Shown: positions 41,301-52,897 of the stretch, one piece after another
How the letters are laid out: the number at the start of each line of letters is the position of its first letter
Numbering within the stretch: the first letter of the stretch is position 1
Source of the DNA: Dendrobates tinctorius
Lineage: Eukaryota
DNA: 64,000 bases
Assembly (NCBI RefSeq): GCF_039654945.1
Contig: NW_027361792.1
Location: 3,038,001-3,102,000 of the forward strand
Reading direction: 5' to 3'
Notes under the pieces: model-generated
Told to the model about the DNA's origin: nothing
What the model saw: only the letters and a program-made list of their open reading frames with translations
The model's database searches: none
Translations under genes and position numbers: made by a program

Positions 41301-44300
41301 TCCTGTATTATACTCCAGAGCTGCACTCACTATTCTGCTGGTGCAGTCACTGTGTACATACATTACTGATCCTGAGTTACATCCTGTATTATACCCCAGA
41401 GCTGCACTCACTATTCTGTCTGCTGGTGCAGTCACTGTGTACATACATTACTGATCCTGAGTTACCTCCTGTATTATACTCCAGAGCTGCACTCACTATT
41501 CTCCTGGTGCAGTCACTGTGTACATACTAATTATATTACTGATCCTGAGTTACATCCTGTATTATACCCCAGAGCTGCACTCACTATTCTGCTGGTGCAG
41601 TCACTGTGTACATACATTACTGATCCTGAGTTACCTCCTGTATTATACTCCAGAGCTGCACTCACTATTCTCCTGGTGCAGTCACTGTGTACATACTAAT
41701 TACATTACTGATCCTGAGTTACATCCTGTATTATACTCCAGAGCTGCACTCACTATTCTGCTGGTGCAGTCACTGTGCACATACATTACATTACTGATCC
41801 TGAGTTATATCCTGTATTATACTCCAGAGCTGCACTCACTATTCTCCTGGTGCAGTCACTGTGTACATACTAATTATATTACTGATCCTGAGTTACATCC
41901 TGTATTATACTCCAGAGCTGCACTCACTATTCTGCTGGTGCAGTCACTGTGTACATACATTACATTACTGATCCTGAGTTACATCCTGTATTATACTCCA
42001 GAGCTGCACTCACTATTCTGCTGGTGCAGTCACTGTGTACATACATTACATTACTGATCCTGAGTTACATCCTGTATTATACTCCAGAGCTGCACTCACT
42101 ATTCTCCTGGTGCAGTCACTGTGTATATACATTACATTACTGATTCTGAGTTACATCCTGTATTATACCCCAGAGCTGCACTCACTATTCTGCTGGTGCA
42201 GTCACTGTGTACATACATTACATTACTTATCCTGAGTTACATCCTGTATTATACTCCAGAGCTGCACTCACTATTCTGCTGGTGCAGTCACTGTGTACGT
42301 ACATTACATTACTGATCCTGAGTTACATCCTGTATTATACTCCAGAGCTGCACTCACTATTCTGCTGGTGCAGTCACTGTGTACATACATTACATTACTG
42401 ATCCTGAGTTACATCCTGTATTATACTCCAGAGCAGCACTCACTATTCTGCTGGTGCAGTCACTGTGTACATACATTACATTACTTATCCTGAGTTACAT
42501 CCTGTATTATACTCCAGAGCTGCACTCACTATTCTGCTGGTGCAGTCACTGTGTACATACATTACATTACTGATCCTGAATTACATCCTGTATTATACTC
42601 CAGAGCTGCACTCACTATTCTGCTGGTGCAGTCACTGTGTACATACATTACATTACTGATCCTGAGTTACATCCTGTATTATACCCCAGAGCTGCACTCA
42701 CTATTCTGCTGGTGCAGTCACTGTGTACATACATTACATTACTGATCCTGAGTTACATCCTGTATTATACTCCAGAGCTGCACTCACTATTCTGCTGGTG
42801 CAGTCACTGTGTACATACATTACATTACTGATCCTGAGTTACATCCTGTATTATACCCCAGAGCTGCACTCACTATTCTGCTGGTGAAGTCACTGTGTAC
42901 ATACATTACATTACTGATCCTGAGTTACATCCTGTATTATACTCCAGAGCAGCACTCACTATTCTGCTGGTGCAGTCACTGTGTACATACATTACTGATC
43001 CTGAGTTACCTCCTGTATTATACTCCAGAGCTGCACTCACTATTCTCCTGGTGCAGTCACTGTGTACATACTAATTATATTACTGATCCTGAGTTACATC
43101 CTGTATTATACTCCAGAGCTGCACTCACTATTCTGCTGGTGCAGTCACTGTGTACATACATTACTGATCCTGAGTTACATCCTGTATTATACCCCAGAGC
43201 TGCACTCACTATTCTGCTGGTGCAGTCACTGTGTACATACATTACTGATCCTGAGTTACCTCCTGTATTATACTCCAGAGCTGCACTCACTATTCTCCTG
43301 GTGCAGTCACTGTGTACATACTAATTACATTACTGATCCTGAGTTACATCATGTATTATACTCCAGAGCTGCACTCACTATTCTGCTGGTGCAGTCACTG
43401 TGCACATACATTACATTACTGATCCTGAGTTACATCCTGTATTATACTCCAGAGCTGCACTCACTATTCTCCTGGTGCAGTCACTGTGTACATACTAATT
43501 ATATTACTGATCCTGAGTTACATCCTGTATTATACTCCAGAGCTGCACTCACTGTTCTGCTGTTGCAGTCACTGTGTACATACATTACATTACTGATCCT
43601 GAGTTACATCCTGTATTATACTCCAGAGCTACACTCACTATTCTCCTGGTGCAGTCACTGTGTACATACTAATTATATTACTGATCCTGAGTTACATCCT
43701 GTATTATACTCCAGAGCTGCACTCACTATTCTGCTGGTGCAGTCACTGTGTACATACATTACATTACTGATCCTGAGTTACATCCTGTATTATACTCCAG
43801 AGCTGCACTCACTATTCTGCTGGTGCAGTCACTGTGTACATACATTACATTACTGATCCTGAGTTACATCCTGTATTATACTCCAGAGCTGCACTCACTA
43901 TTCTCCTGGTGCAGTCACTGTGTATATACATTACATTACTGATTCTGAGTTACATCCTGTATTATTCCCCAGAGCTGCACTCACTATTCTGCTGGTGCAG
44001 TCACTGTGTACATACATTACATTACTTATCCTGAGTTACATCCTGTATTATACTCCAGAGCTGCACTCACTATTCTGCTGGTGCAGTCACTGTGTACGTA
44101 CATTACATTACTGATCCTGAGTTACATCCTGTATTATACTCCAGAGCTGCACTCACTTTTCTGCTGGTGCAGTCACTGTGTACATACATTACATTACTGA
44201 TCCTGAGTTACATCCTGTATTATACTCCAGAGCAGCACTCACTATTCTGCTGGTGCAGTCACTGTGTACATACATTACATTACTGATCCTGAGTAACATC

Positions 44301-47300
44301 CTGTATTATACTCCAGAGCTGCACTCACTATTCTGCTGGTGCAGTCACTGTGTACATACATTACATTACTGATCCTGAGTTACATACTGTATTATACCCC
44401 AGAGCTGCACTCACTATTCTGCTGGTGCAGTCACTGTGTACATACATTACATTACTGATCCTGAATTACATCCTGTATTATACTCCAGAGCTGCACTCAC
44501 TATTCTGCTGGTGCAGTCACTGTGTACATACATTACATTACTGATCCTGAGTTACATCCTGTATTATACCCCAGAGCTGCACTCACTATTCTGCTGGTGC
44601 AGTCACTGTGTACATACATTACATTACTGATCCTGAATTACATCCTGTATTATACTCCAGAGCTGCACTCACTATTCTGCTGGTGCAGTCACTGTGTACA
44701 TACATTACATTACTGATCCTGAGTTACATCCTGTATTATACCCCAGAGCTGCACTCACTATTCTGCTGGTGCAGTCACTGTGTACATACATTACATTACT
44801 GATCCTGAGTTACATCCTGTATTATACTCCAGAGCTGCACTCACTATTCTGCTGGTGCAGTCACTGTGTACATACATTACATTACTGATCCTGAGTTACA
44901 TCCTGTATTATACCCCAGAGCTGCACTCACTATTCTGCTGGTGCAGTCACTGTGTACATACATTACATTACTGATCCTGAGTTACATCCTGTATTATACC
45001 CCAGAGCTGCACTCACTATTCTGCTGGTGCAGTCACTGTGTACATACATTACATTACTGATCCTGAGTTACATCCTGTATTATACTCCAGAGCTGCACTC
45101 ACTATTCTGCTGGTGCAGTCACTGTGTACATACATTACATTACTGATCCTGAGTTACATCCTGTATTATACCCCAGAGCTGCACTCACTATTCTGCTGGT
45201 GCAGTCACTGTGTACATACATTGCCTCTCGCTCCCTCTCTCCTGTACTGTGCAGCAGGTAGCATTGCAGGTGCGTTTACCGTCTGCTATGTATCTCCAGA
45301 TAATGTCCACGTAGGTATCGCGGTCACTCCTCGTGTGCTCGTGTACAAACCCCAGGACGTGGTTGAGTTCGTGTTGTACGATGCCTTTCGATACGCATCC
45401 GGGGTTCAGTAAGGAGAGGTCCTGGCTCCCTCCAATCCTGCCCAGATAGGACCAGCATCTGAAGGAGCAGCCGCATCGTCAGTGGTCGTTCTTTCTATAG
45501 ATAGAAAAAATCTAAAGAGAAATGGAAAGAAAGAGAAGAACAAGAACACGGAGAAAGGAGGATATCTAGAAAAGGAACAAAGGCCCAATGATACGGGACC
45601 CGCCATAAAGTGTCCTCACGGGCTGGGGCTTAGCTGCGTCCGACTCCTCAACATTCTCCATCATACACCAGACCAGCTGGGCTCCTCCTGGACTCGTAGC
45701 CTGTCTTTCTAACTAGCCCTACATTGTACCCAGAGCAGAACTGAGGACTGGTCCTCCCATGAGGAGCATTCTTGTAGGAAACAATGGAGGAACATACAAA
45801 ATCCTTACAGATGATGGCCCTCACCAGAATCCCCCCTCCGTCCCAAGCCACCACATGGCCCTTAGGATCTTACTTCTTAGACCTCCTTGGTTTTTCCTCC
45901 CAAAACCTCCCCGACAATGTGAAGGACGTGAAAAAGAAGCAAAGGTAGAAGGATGGACCTCATCGTCATGGACAGGACAAGAAGGACAGAGAAATGCAGA
46001 GACGATCCAATTCTGGTGTGAATTCACCGTAAACCACTTACCCATCTACCGAGCGGATCTGGATATAATCCGTCTCCGTCTTCCTCTCCACAAAGCGAAT
46101 GCAGGTCAGGGAGGAATATTCCTGAATGGCGGAACGGATGACTGCGGAGTCAGCGGAGGCTAAAGGAGCAATCATGGAAATGGAGGAGCACAATGTCTAC
46201 CCATCAATAAAAACACAAGTCAAGCAGCTGCAGGTCCCGCACAGGTCCAAGCCCCGGGACACTCGTCAAATTATTGGATGATACTTTGTATTATTCATTT
46301 TTACTCGGAAATCATGGGTATAAATTATCGCCTAATCCCTGGAAAGCTGATAATTTTTAGACAGGTGTGGCTCCCAGCGCTGGATCTTCACCGTGCACCA
46401 TAATAGCGGACTTGTGTTACTTAATCATCCCTGGTTCTCCACTGGCACCGAGACCGTGGTCTTGCAGAGTAGAACTGTTACACAAGTGCCTTGGTGCTCG
46501 GTCTACGATACTAAAGATTCGAGGTTCACCAGATGCGGAAATCTATAGACATTGAAAGGAAACAGAACCAATCGTCGGAGCTTCCACTTTTTTTCTTCTG
46601 GTCCCTTGGGGGTTGTCTCTACAGAAGACACACCCCTGAGGAGCGCACATGTGTGGAGAGCATTACCATTAAGTTACATTGGGTTCAACATGATTAGATT
46701 TTGGCTCACAGTAATCGGCAGACAGCGTGTAGGGAATGATGACGACTCCAGAACTGGATTTGGGCCAGAAGCAGGCTTGTCCCGGGCAGCTCAGGGCACT
46801 GCGGCTGAGCCGTACAGCGATGTCCACCTGACGGATCGACTTCTTGCTACCTGTGCATTACAAGATAAAACTATAAGAATGGATCATTGTAGCAGATAAA
46901 ATGACCATAGACCCGACCTGCAGCTTTGGTCCTAACCGCGAGTTCTTGGTATGAGAGGATGAGACCCTCTGCATCCCATACATTTCATTATATTCCATCC
47001 CATACAACCAGTGCAAATTCTATGCAGTTAATGGTCTCCAGGGTTGGTCAACCAACCACCAACTCGGCTGATTCTGGCTGATATTGCGGACTCTCTCGTT
47101 ATCAGTCTCTACGTGGTGTTTTTGTTTTTATTGTTTTTTTTTACCTTTGTTGTGTTTGGCAATAATACTGAAGATATCTTCCATTCCTTCGGCTCCTGAA
47201 AAAAAAAATGTCAAGAAATCTCCATCCGAGACGACATCAATAGGTAACTTGTGTGGACCAGTGGTGGTTAGTGACAACCTGGGTCTGGAGTAGGGAGCCG

Positions 47301-50300
47301 GACAATGCAAGAAGCTTATGACACAATTCTTAAATGGTCGTTGTTGTTTCAACAAACTTTGCATAAAACAATAGTACAAGTGAATATAAGAAACTTTGTA
47401 GCATTAGAGAAATCTACTTTTTTTTTCTGCACTCATGAGACACTTCTCTCCTGCCTAAAGAAAATGCCATTCGCTCAGGAAACTGCTAAGATATATGGAA
47501 AGGTGAGAAGAGAGAATAGGGAAAGAGAGAGGCATAAAGATATCTAGGATCCTGCAGCTCTCTGCAAAGCTGAATTCACATCTATACTGCTCAGTAATAC
47601 TAAATAATGTTCTCCATAGTTGCTACTTTTTCGTAGGTGTTTCTCTCACCCTAGATCTGAGTTCACAGGTATGTTGCTCAGTATAGCTGTATAATGTCCT
47701 GCATGCAGATGCTGATTTCTAGTAAGTGTTTATCTTGCCCCTGTGCTGAGCTCACAGCTATATTGCACACTAGTACTGTAGAAAGACCTCTATGATGCTG
47801 GTTTCTTTTAAGTGTTTTATCTCACCCAAGTGATGGAGTTACATCTACTCTGCTCAGTACTACTAAATAATGTCCTCAATGCATATGCTGATTTCTAATA
47901 AGTGTTTATCTGTTCCATGTGCTGAGTTCACAGCTACTATGAGGATGTAAGCTCTCAAATGGACCCAGGAGAATCATTGGATGTCATTTATCTCGACTTC
48001 TCTAAAGCATTTGACTATGTCCCAAATAAAAGATTGGTAAGTAAGAGGAGAAAGCTTGGGCTAGGGGAAAATGTGTGTAGATGGGTAGGGAGCTGGCGTA
48101 GTGATAGAAAACAAAGAGTGGTTATTAATGGGGCACACTCAGATTGGGCCAGGGTTACTAGTGGGGGACCACAGGGGTCTGTATTGGGCCCCCTGCTATT
48201 TAATATATATATTAATGATCTAGTGGATGGCTTACACAGTAAAATATCAGTATTTGCAGATGATACAAAACTATGTAAGGTAGTTAACACAAAGGAGGAC
48301 AGTTTGCAACTACAGACAGATTTGAGTAAATTGGAGAATTGGGCTGAAAAATGGCAAATGAGGTTTAACACAGATAAGTGTAAGGTTATGCACATGGGAA
48401 GGAGAAACAGATGCTACAATTACTTACTAAATGGGAAACTGCTGGGAAAATCAGACATGGAAAAAGACTTAGGCATCTAAGGCTGGTTTCACATTAGCGC
48501 TTTTTAAGCGCACGCACGGCCGGGGGTAGCTCCGCCCCCGAGCCGGCTCTCTGCCCGGCGTGCCCGCCCCTTGCTTGTAGCGCCGCCTCCTAGCGCACAG
48601 CGGCACCTGCGATCGGCGCACCCTATCTTTAGCATAGGGTGCGCAGATCGTGCGCAGGCCGTGCGCTAGTTGCGCTTTGACCTGCGCTGCGCACTTTTGA
48701 CGGTGCGCCGTGCGCGCCAAAATCCGAAAAGTTTGATTTTGGTGCGCACGGCGCACCGTCAAAAGTGCGCAGCGCAGGTCAAAGCGCAACTAGCGCACGG
48801 CCTGCGCACGATCTGCGCACCCTATGCTAAAGATAGGGTGCGCCGATCGCAGGCGCCGCTGTGCGCTATGAGGCGGCGCTACAAGAAAGGGGCGGGCACG
48901 CCGGGCAGAGAGCCGGCTCGGGGGCGGAGCTACCCCCGGCCGTGCGTGCGCTTAAAAAGCACTAATGTGAAACCAGCCTTAGTCAATAAGAAGCTAAATT
49001 GGAGTGCCCAGTGTCAGGCAGCTGCCACCAAAGCAAATAGGGTCATGGGATGCATTAGAAGAGGTCTGGGGACACGAGATGAAAACATAATTCTCCCTCT
49101 GTACAAATCACTCGTCAGACCACACTTGGAGGATTGTGTGCAATTTTGGATGCCAGTGCTCAAGAAAGACATTACTGAACTTGAAAGGGTTCAAAGGCGG
49201 GCTACTAAAATGATAAATGGAGTTGGTTCACTACAATATCCAGAAAGGCTATCAAAATTAGGTCTATTTACTCTAGAAAACAGAAGACTTAGGGGAGACT
49301 TAATATATATGTACAAGTATATCAGAGGGCAATACAGAGATCTCTCCAATGAACTGTTTGTACCAAGGACTGTGACAAGAACAAGGGGGCATTCTCTTTG
49401 TTTGGAGGAAAGACAATTTCTGCACCAGCATAGAAGAGGGTTCTTCACGGTAAGAGCAGTGAGGCTCTGGAATTCTCTTCCTGAGGAAGTGGTGATGGCC
49501 AACTCACTGAATGAATGTAAGAAAGGAATGGAGGCTTTTCTTGTGAGTAACAGTATAGAAGGTTACGAATAACAGAATATTATAGGTACATGGTTGACCC
49601 AGCTTAGGGGAAGGAATCTTTTTCCCTATGGTGAAAATTGGCTTCTACTCTGTGGGTTTTTTGCCTTCCCCAGGATCAACAATGCAGAACAGCTGCACTA
49701 AAAATAGGCTGAACTAGATGGACCTAAGGTCTTCCTTCAGCCTTCAAAACTATGGGTGGTTTCACATTAGCGCTTCAGGGTGCAGCGACGGCCTGCGCAC
49801 GGCCGCTGCTAAGCCCCGCCCCCTGCCGGGCCTCCTCCGGTAGCTCCGCCTACGGGCGCATGACACTGCATGCGTCCTGCGTCCTCTATCTTTATCCCTT
49901 GGTACGCAGGCCGTGCGCAGTATGCATTTGGCGGCGCATGCATCCTTTTGACGGTGCGCCGACCGGCGCTAAACGCAACCTGTTGCAATTTGGTTGCGCT
50001 TGGCCCACCCTCAAAAGGACGCATGCGCCACCAAACGCATACTGCGCACGGCCTGCGTACCAAGGGATAAAGATAGAGGACGCAGGACGCATGCAGCGTC
50101 ATGCGCCTGTGGGCGGAGCTACCGGAGGAGGCTCGGCAGGGGGCGGGGCTTAGCAGCGGCCGTGCGCAGGCTGTCGCTGCGCCCTGAAACGCTAATGTGA
50201 AACCACCCTATGTTATGTTACTATGTTATTGCACACTACTACTGTAGAAAAATCTCTATGATGCTGGTTTCTTTCAAGTGTTTTATTTCACCCAAGTGAT

Positions 50301-51907
50301 GGATTCACATCTACTCTGCTCAATATTGTTGTATATTGTCCTCGATACTGCTACCTATAGACAGGTATAGCAGGATCCCCTCATGTCTGTGTGTGAGCTG
50401 TGTATGGGAGACATCATGGCATCTCCCCAGCTGCCGTGATATTATAACTCCGAACATGGGACTGGCAGGACATGCTGGGAGTTTTAGTCTTACAACAGCC
50501 GTGGCACTATTTTATGGCTACAGTGTTGTTTTGTCACTATTATTAGTCATCGTCATCTTCTGATTATTTGGGGGGGTAACCAGACCACTTTATGTATTAT
50601 TTATGGTGCTCGTGTTTATGTGCAGGTTAATAAATAATAAAAAGTAAATCCGGACTTACCGTCTTGGCCGTTTCCTCCAACTGAGACCTAAACAAGAAAG
50701 CCGGCACCCATTACAGAACGGCATCTGCTGGTTTTATCCCAAACTCTTCCCAGTTCCCCAAATATTCCCTCCATACTCTGTGGTTCTGTTCTCATTATTC
50801 CACTAATCCTTATGGAAAATGTCAGTATAAATTTGCTCTTTAAATTAGTGATTAATTCTGTGGAGGTGTATGTATTAATATAATGATAGGAGATGCATTC
50901 CCTGGCGGAAATCTCAGGGAAGTCACAAGTCACTGCTTGCACCGACCACTAGAGGGAGTCTGCATTAGAAAGTAAGGGGCCCCTGTGCCGGAATGATATT
51001 TGGGCCCCTAACTGCCAGCAAAAGCGCACACGTATATAAAATACACACTTACAGATATATCACTCACCTATATTCATTTTAAAAAAACATATAAATATAT
51101 ATATACCTTAAAGGGATTTTTAATCAAATTCATAAAATGGGTAAAATTGCAAATTCCTTGTAAGACCCAGTAACTTTGCCATTTACGTCTTAATAAAATT
51201 CCTCTTAGAACGTAAGATTTCTACTTGTATTATTTTACTGCTCGTTGCTTCGTTCCCAGCGTGACAAGGAGCGCTCACGCTGCTCTGACCCCGGCCGGAT
51301 CGCTGGACCTGACGCCGCTCCTCCGATGCTGCAGAAGTAAAAGCAATGTGACCCGTCGCTGGTCCGAACAATCAATCTTCAGAAGCGCACCGCCTGACGC
51401 CGGGGGGGGGGTGGATCGGGAGCGGTGCGCTCCTGAAGATTCATCTTGTAACAAACCTCACACACGCACATTAAACACATTTACACATGCATATTAGGCC
51501 GCCATTTACACATTACACATTTCGGGGGACATCTGCACCACTTTCTGGCCATATGTACCCCTGAGCATAGAAACAAATGCCCAATAGTCCATCTTCCAGG
51601 CTAGGCCCCCTCTTCTTCTGCGTACACGGGCGGTATGTCCACCGCTGGTCTGCACCCTAAAGTGCGATAATCTCAGCAATGTGCTGTTCCTTTGACCTCC
51701 CCTAAATTCTTTTTTGCACAGGATTTGGATCCGTGCATCAGGAAGAAATACAGAATACTGGAAATGTCAACCATGAAACAATGACGCCATATAAATTGGT
51801 TGGGTCCGCACCTGTCTGATCCCGGACGATGGCCTCACCTGGTAGGGCAGAAGCAGGCCGGCTCTCAGCAGGTAGGACATAGCTGTGAGGTATTTGCTGG
51901 CCTCCAT
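32336..51907 (-). CDS. Astacin-family zinc metalloprotease with two CUB domains (embryonic protein UVS.2 / hatching-enzyme-like), gene A, about 492 aa
   Basis: 13 phase-consistent GT-AG exons: 51907-51839, 50687-50660, 47195-47145, 46850-46710, 46159-46042, 45458-45280, 37377-37290, 36877-36750, 36300-36185, 35892-35682, 35581-35463, 33124-32902, 32343-32336. HELNHVLGFVHEHTRSDRD, Met-turn SVMHY, two CUBs, AATAAA at 32265-32260. Confidence 0.93.
32902..33124 (-). CDS. Gene A exon 12, CUB2 C-terminal half
   Basis: VRLSFTSFVLELSRNCVYDYL...YCGS...LLQFHTDKSVQSTGFQVKYTW; CATAG| and |GTAAGT. Confidence 0.93.
33590..34900. repeat. Degenerate 15/18-bp composite repeat in the intron before gene A exon 12
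   Basis: GTGCTGGAGAGAGCTCAC / GTGCTGGAGAGAGAT units plus a recurring CTACTAAAGAAGGTTTATGTGCTGAAGTGAG block. Confidence 0.9.
35463..35581 (-). CDS. Gene A exon 11, CUB2 N-terminal half
   Basis: ICGGTSTLANGVVTSPGFPTKYFPSSDCQWSIVAPPGYK|GTGAGC. Confidence 0.93.
35682..35892 (-). CDS. Gene A exon 10, CUB1 C-terminal half
   Basis: IFLQFLAV...CRADHVVVYDGASKSSPVL...VVSTGNLMLVEF...FSASYHS. Confidence 0.9.
36185..36300 (-). CDS. Gene A exon 9, CUB1 N-terminal half
   Basis: DVCSFLLCELSGTFHSGSTSSASVTRPDCLWLIRVPANK. Confidence 0.85.
36750..36877 (-). CDS. Gene A exon 8, end of protease domain
   Basis: FAFTNVPEQPTIVPKPDASVPIGQRYGLSSLDLVKINRLYQC. Confidence 0.93.
37023..37156. repeat. 68-bp perfect tandem duplication
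   Basis: GGTACACAATATACACCAGAGGGGCAG...GTCAGCAG at 37023 and 37091. Confidence 0.9.
37290..37377 (-). CDS. Gene A exon 7, Met-turn
   Basis: YQSNFEKFLPDTNNLGLQYDYTSVMHYG|GTAAGT. Confidence 0.93.
37415..45222. repeat. 82/86/88-bp satellite, about 7.8 kb, with higher-order structure
   Basis: Tandem GTGCAGTCACTGTGTACATACATTACATTACTGATCCTGAGTTACATCCTGTATTATACTCCAGAGCTGCACTCACTATTCTGCTG. Confidence 0.98.
45280..45458 (-). CDS. Gene A exon 6, zinc-binding motif
   Basis: CWSYLGRIGGSQDLSLLNPGCVSKGIVQHELNHVLGFVHEHTRSDRDTYVDIIWRYIAD. Confidence 0.95.
46042..46159 (-). CDS. Gene A exon 5
   Basis: SADSAVIRSAIQEYSSLTCIRFVERKTETDYIQIRSVDG|GTAAGT. Confidence 0.93.
46710..46850 (-). CDS. Gene A exon 4, propeptide end and mature N-terminus
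   Basis: SKKSIRQVDIAVRLSRSALSCPGQACFWPKSSSGVVIIPYTLSADY. Confidence 0.92.
47145..47195 (-). CDS. Gene A exon 3, propeptide
   Basis: Poly-T acceptor; AEGMEDIFSIIAKHNK|GTAAAA. Confidence 0.85.
48481..48978. mobile_element. Palindromic Harbinger-type MITE (498 bp) inside CR1 ORF2
   Basis: GGCTGGTTTCACATTAG...CTAATGTGAAACCAGCC, TAA/TTA flanks; splits CR1 DLGI|LVNKKL. Confidence 0.93.
49754..50208. mobile_element. Palindromic Harbinger-type MITE (455 bp) in the CR1 tail
   Basis: GGGTGGTTTCACATTAGCG...CGCTAATGTGAAACCACCC, TAT target duplication. Confidence 0.93.
50660..50687 (-). CDS. Gene A exon 2 (28-bp micro-exon)
   Basis: CTTTCTTGTTTAG|VSVGGNGQD|GTAAGT, phase 0 to 1. Confidence 0.8.
51839..51907 (-). 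CDS. Gene A first coding exon (signal-peptide region)
   Basis: GACATGG start; MEASKYLTAMSYLLRAGLLLPYQ|GTGAGG; 69 bp, the same length as gene B exon 1. Confidence 0.75.
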
Positions 51908-52469
51908 GTCGGCCTCTTCCAGCACGGAGCTCCTCCGGATTCTGTTTTACATTAACCTATTTCGGGAGTGTAACAATAATGCAAGAACAAAACATACGAG
52001 CAGCCAATGAGCGGCGGGACGAGCGGCGGCTCACCTTACACCTGTGCCTTATTAGATTCCACATTTACACCTGGGGGTAAAAAAAAAAAAAGAAACGGTG
52101 CCACAGTCAGGAAACATCGATGTCCAGATCATGGCTGCGCCTTGTGGCCTACGTGCCCAGCAGCTGTGGAGCTTTTACCATGTTATTGCACCAATTGCTC
52201 ATCCAGGGTGAGCACAAAGCCAAGAGCGACATTTTGCTTATGGCTCCTAATGAGATGGATCCTCCAAGTCCTAAGACTTGGCGGCACACGGGCACCTGGG
52301 GTTGGCCCAGCGGGAATAAGGACTCGGCACATGGCCAGAAGTACAGGTGCAGTGGAACGAAGAGAGGGTGAATGCAGGGAAGGCAAAATGAGGGTCAACC
52401 TCCTGAGCTGGAGCAGAAATGATGGAGCACCCCAAACACTGGAAATTAGGGTCTTAATACTAAAACATA

Positions 52470-52897
52470 GGTGTGTGTCTTGGTGGGCATTAAACAGTAA
52501 ATGTTAGGATACGTCACCAAGCCACGCCGGGGCAACCTGTAAAACCCGGCGTGGAGCTCAGCAGAGGGCAGCGGACTGAGGCGAAGGAAGCAGAGCCGAG
52601 GATACCCGGACGGGTGTGTGTCTTGGTGGGCATTAAATAGTAAATATGAGGAGACGTCACCAAGCCACGCCGGGGCAACCTGTAAAACCCGGCGTGGAGC
52701 TCAGCAGAGGGCAGCGGACTGAGGCGAAGGAAGCAGAGCCGAGGATACCCGGACGGGTGTGTGTCTCAGTGGGCAGTCAATAGTAAATATGAGGAGACGT
52801 CACCAAGCCATGCCGGGGCAGCCTGCAAACCCCGACGTGGAGTTCAACAGAGGGCAGCAGACCGAGGCGAAGGAAGCAGAGCCAGGGATACCGGGAC
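52470..52897. repeat. Three tandem copies of a roughly 143-bp unit
   Basis: GGTGTGTGTCT...ACGTCACCAAGCCA...GAGGCGAAGGAAGCAGAGCC...GATACC repeated three times. Confidence 0.85.

Larger units (their letters stand above)
47935..50230 (+). mobile_element. 5'-truncated CR1 LINE (RT C-terminal part, 3' UTR and tail) with two nested MITEs
   Basis: YLDFSKAFD, PQGSVLGPLLF, FADDTKL, LYKSLVRPHLE, LERVQRRATKM, FFTVRAVRLWNSLP; TATGTTA(C) tail. Sits inside a degenerate tandem repeat (about 47540-47935 and 50230-50350). Confidence 0.95.

Noticed and set aside
37415-45222. Many short ORFs, and a superficially CRISPR-like regular array
   Set aside because: Head-to-tail satellite with no unique spacers, no cas genes and a eukaryotic context.
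48670-49572. 300-aa ORF as a novel fusion protein
   Set aside because: Chance in-frame join of the MITE right arm to the remaining CR1 ORF2, with a non-ATG start.
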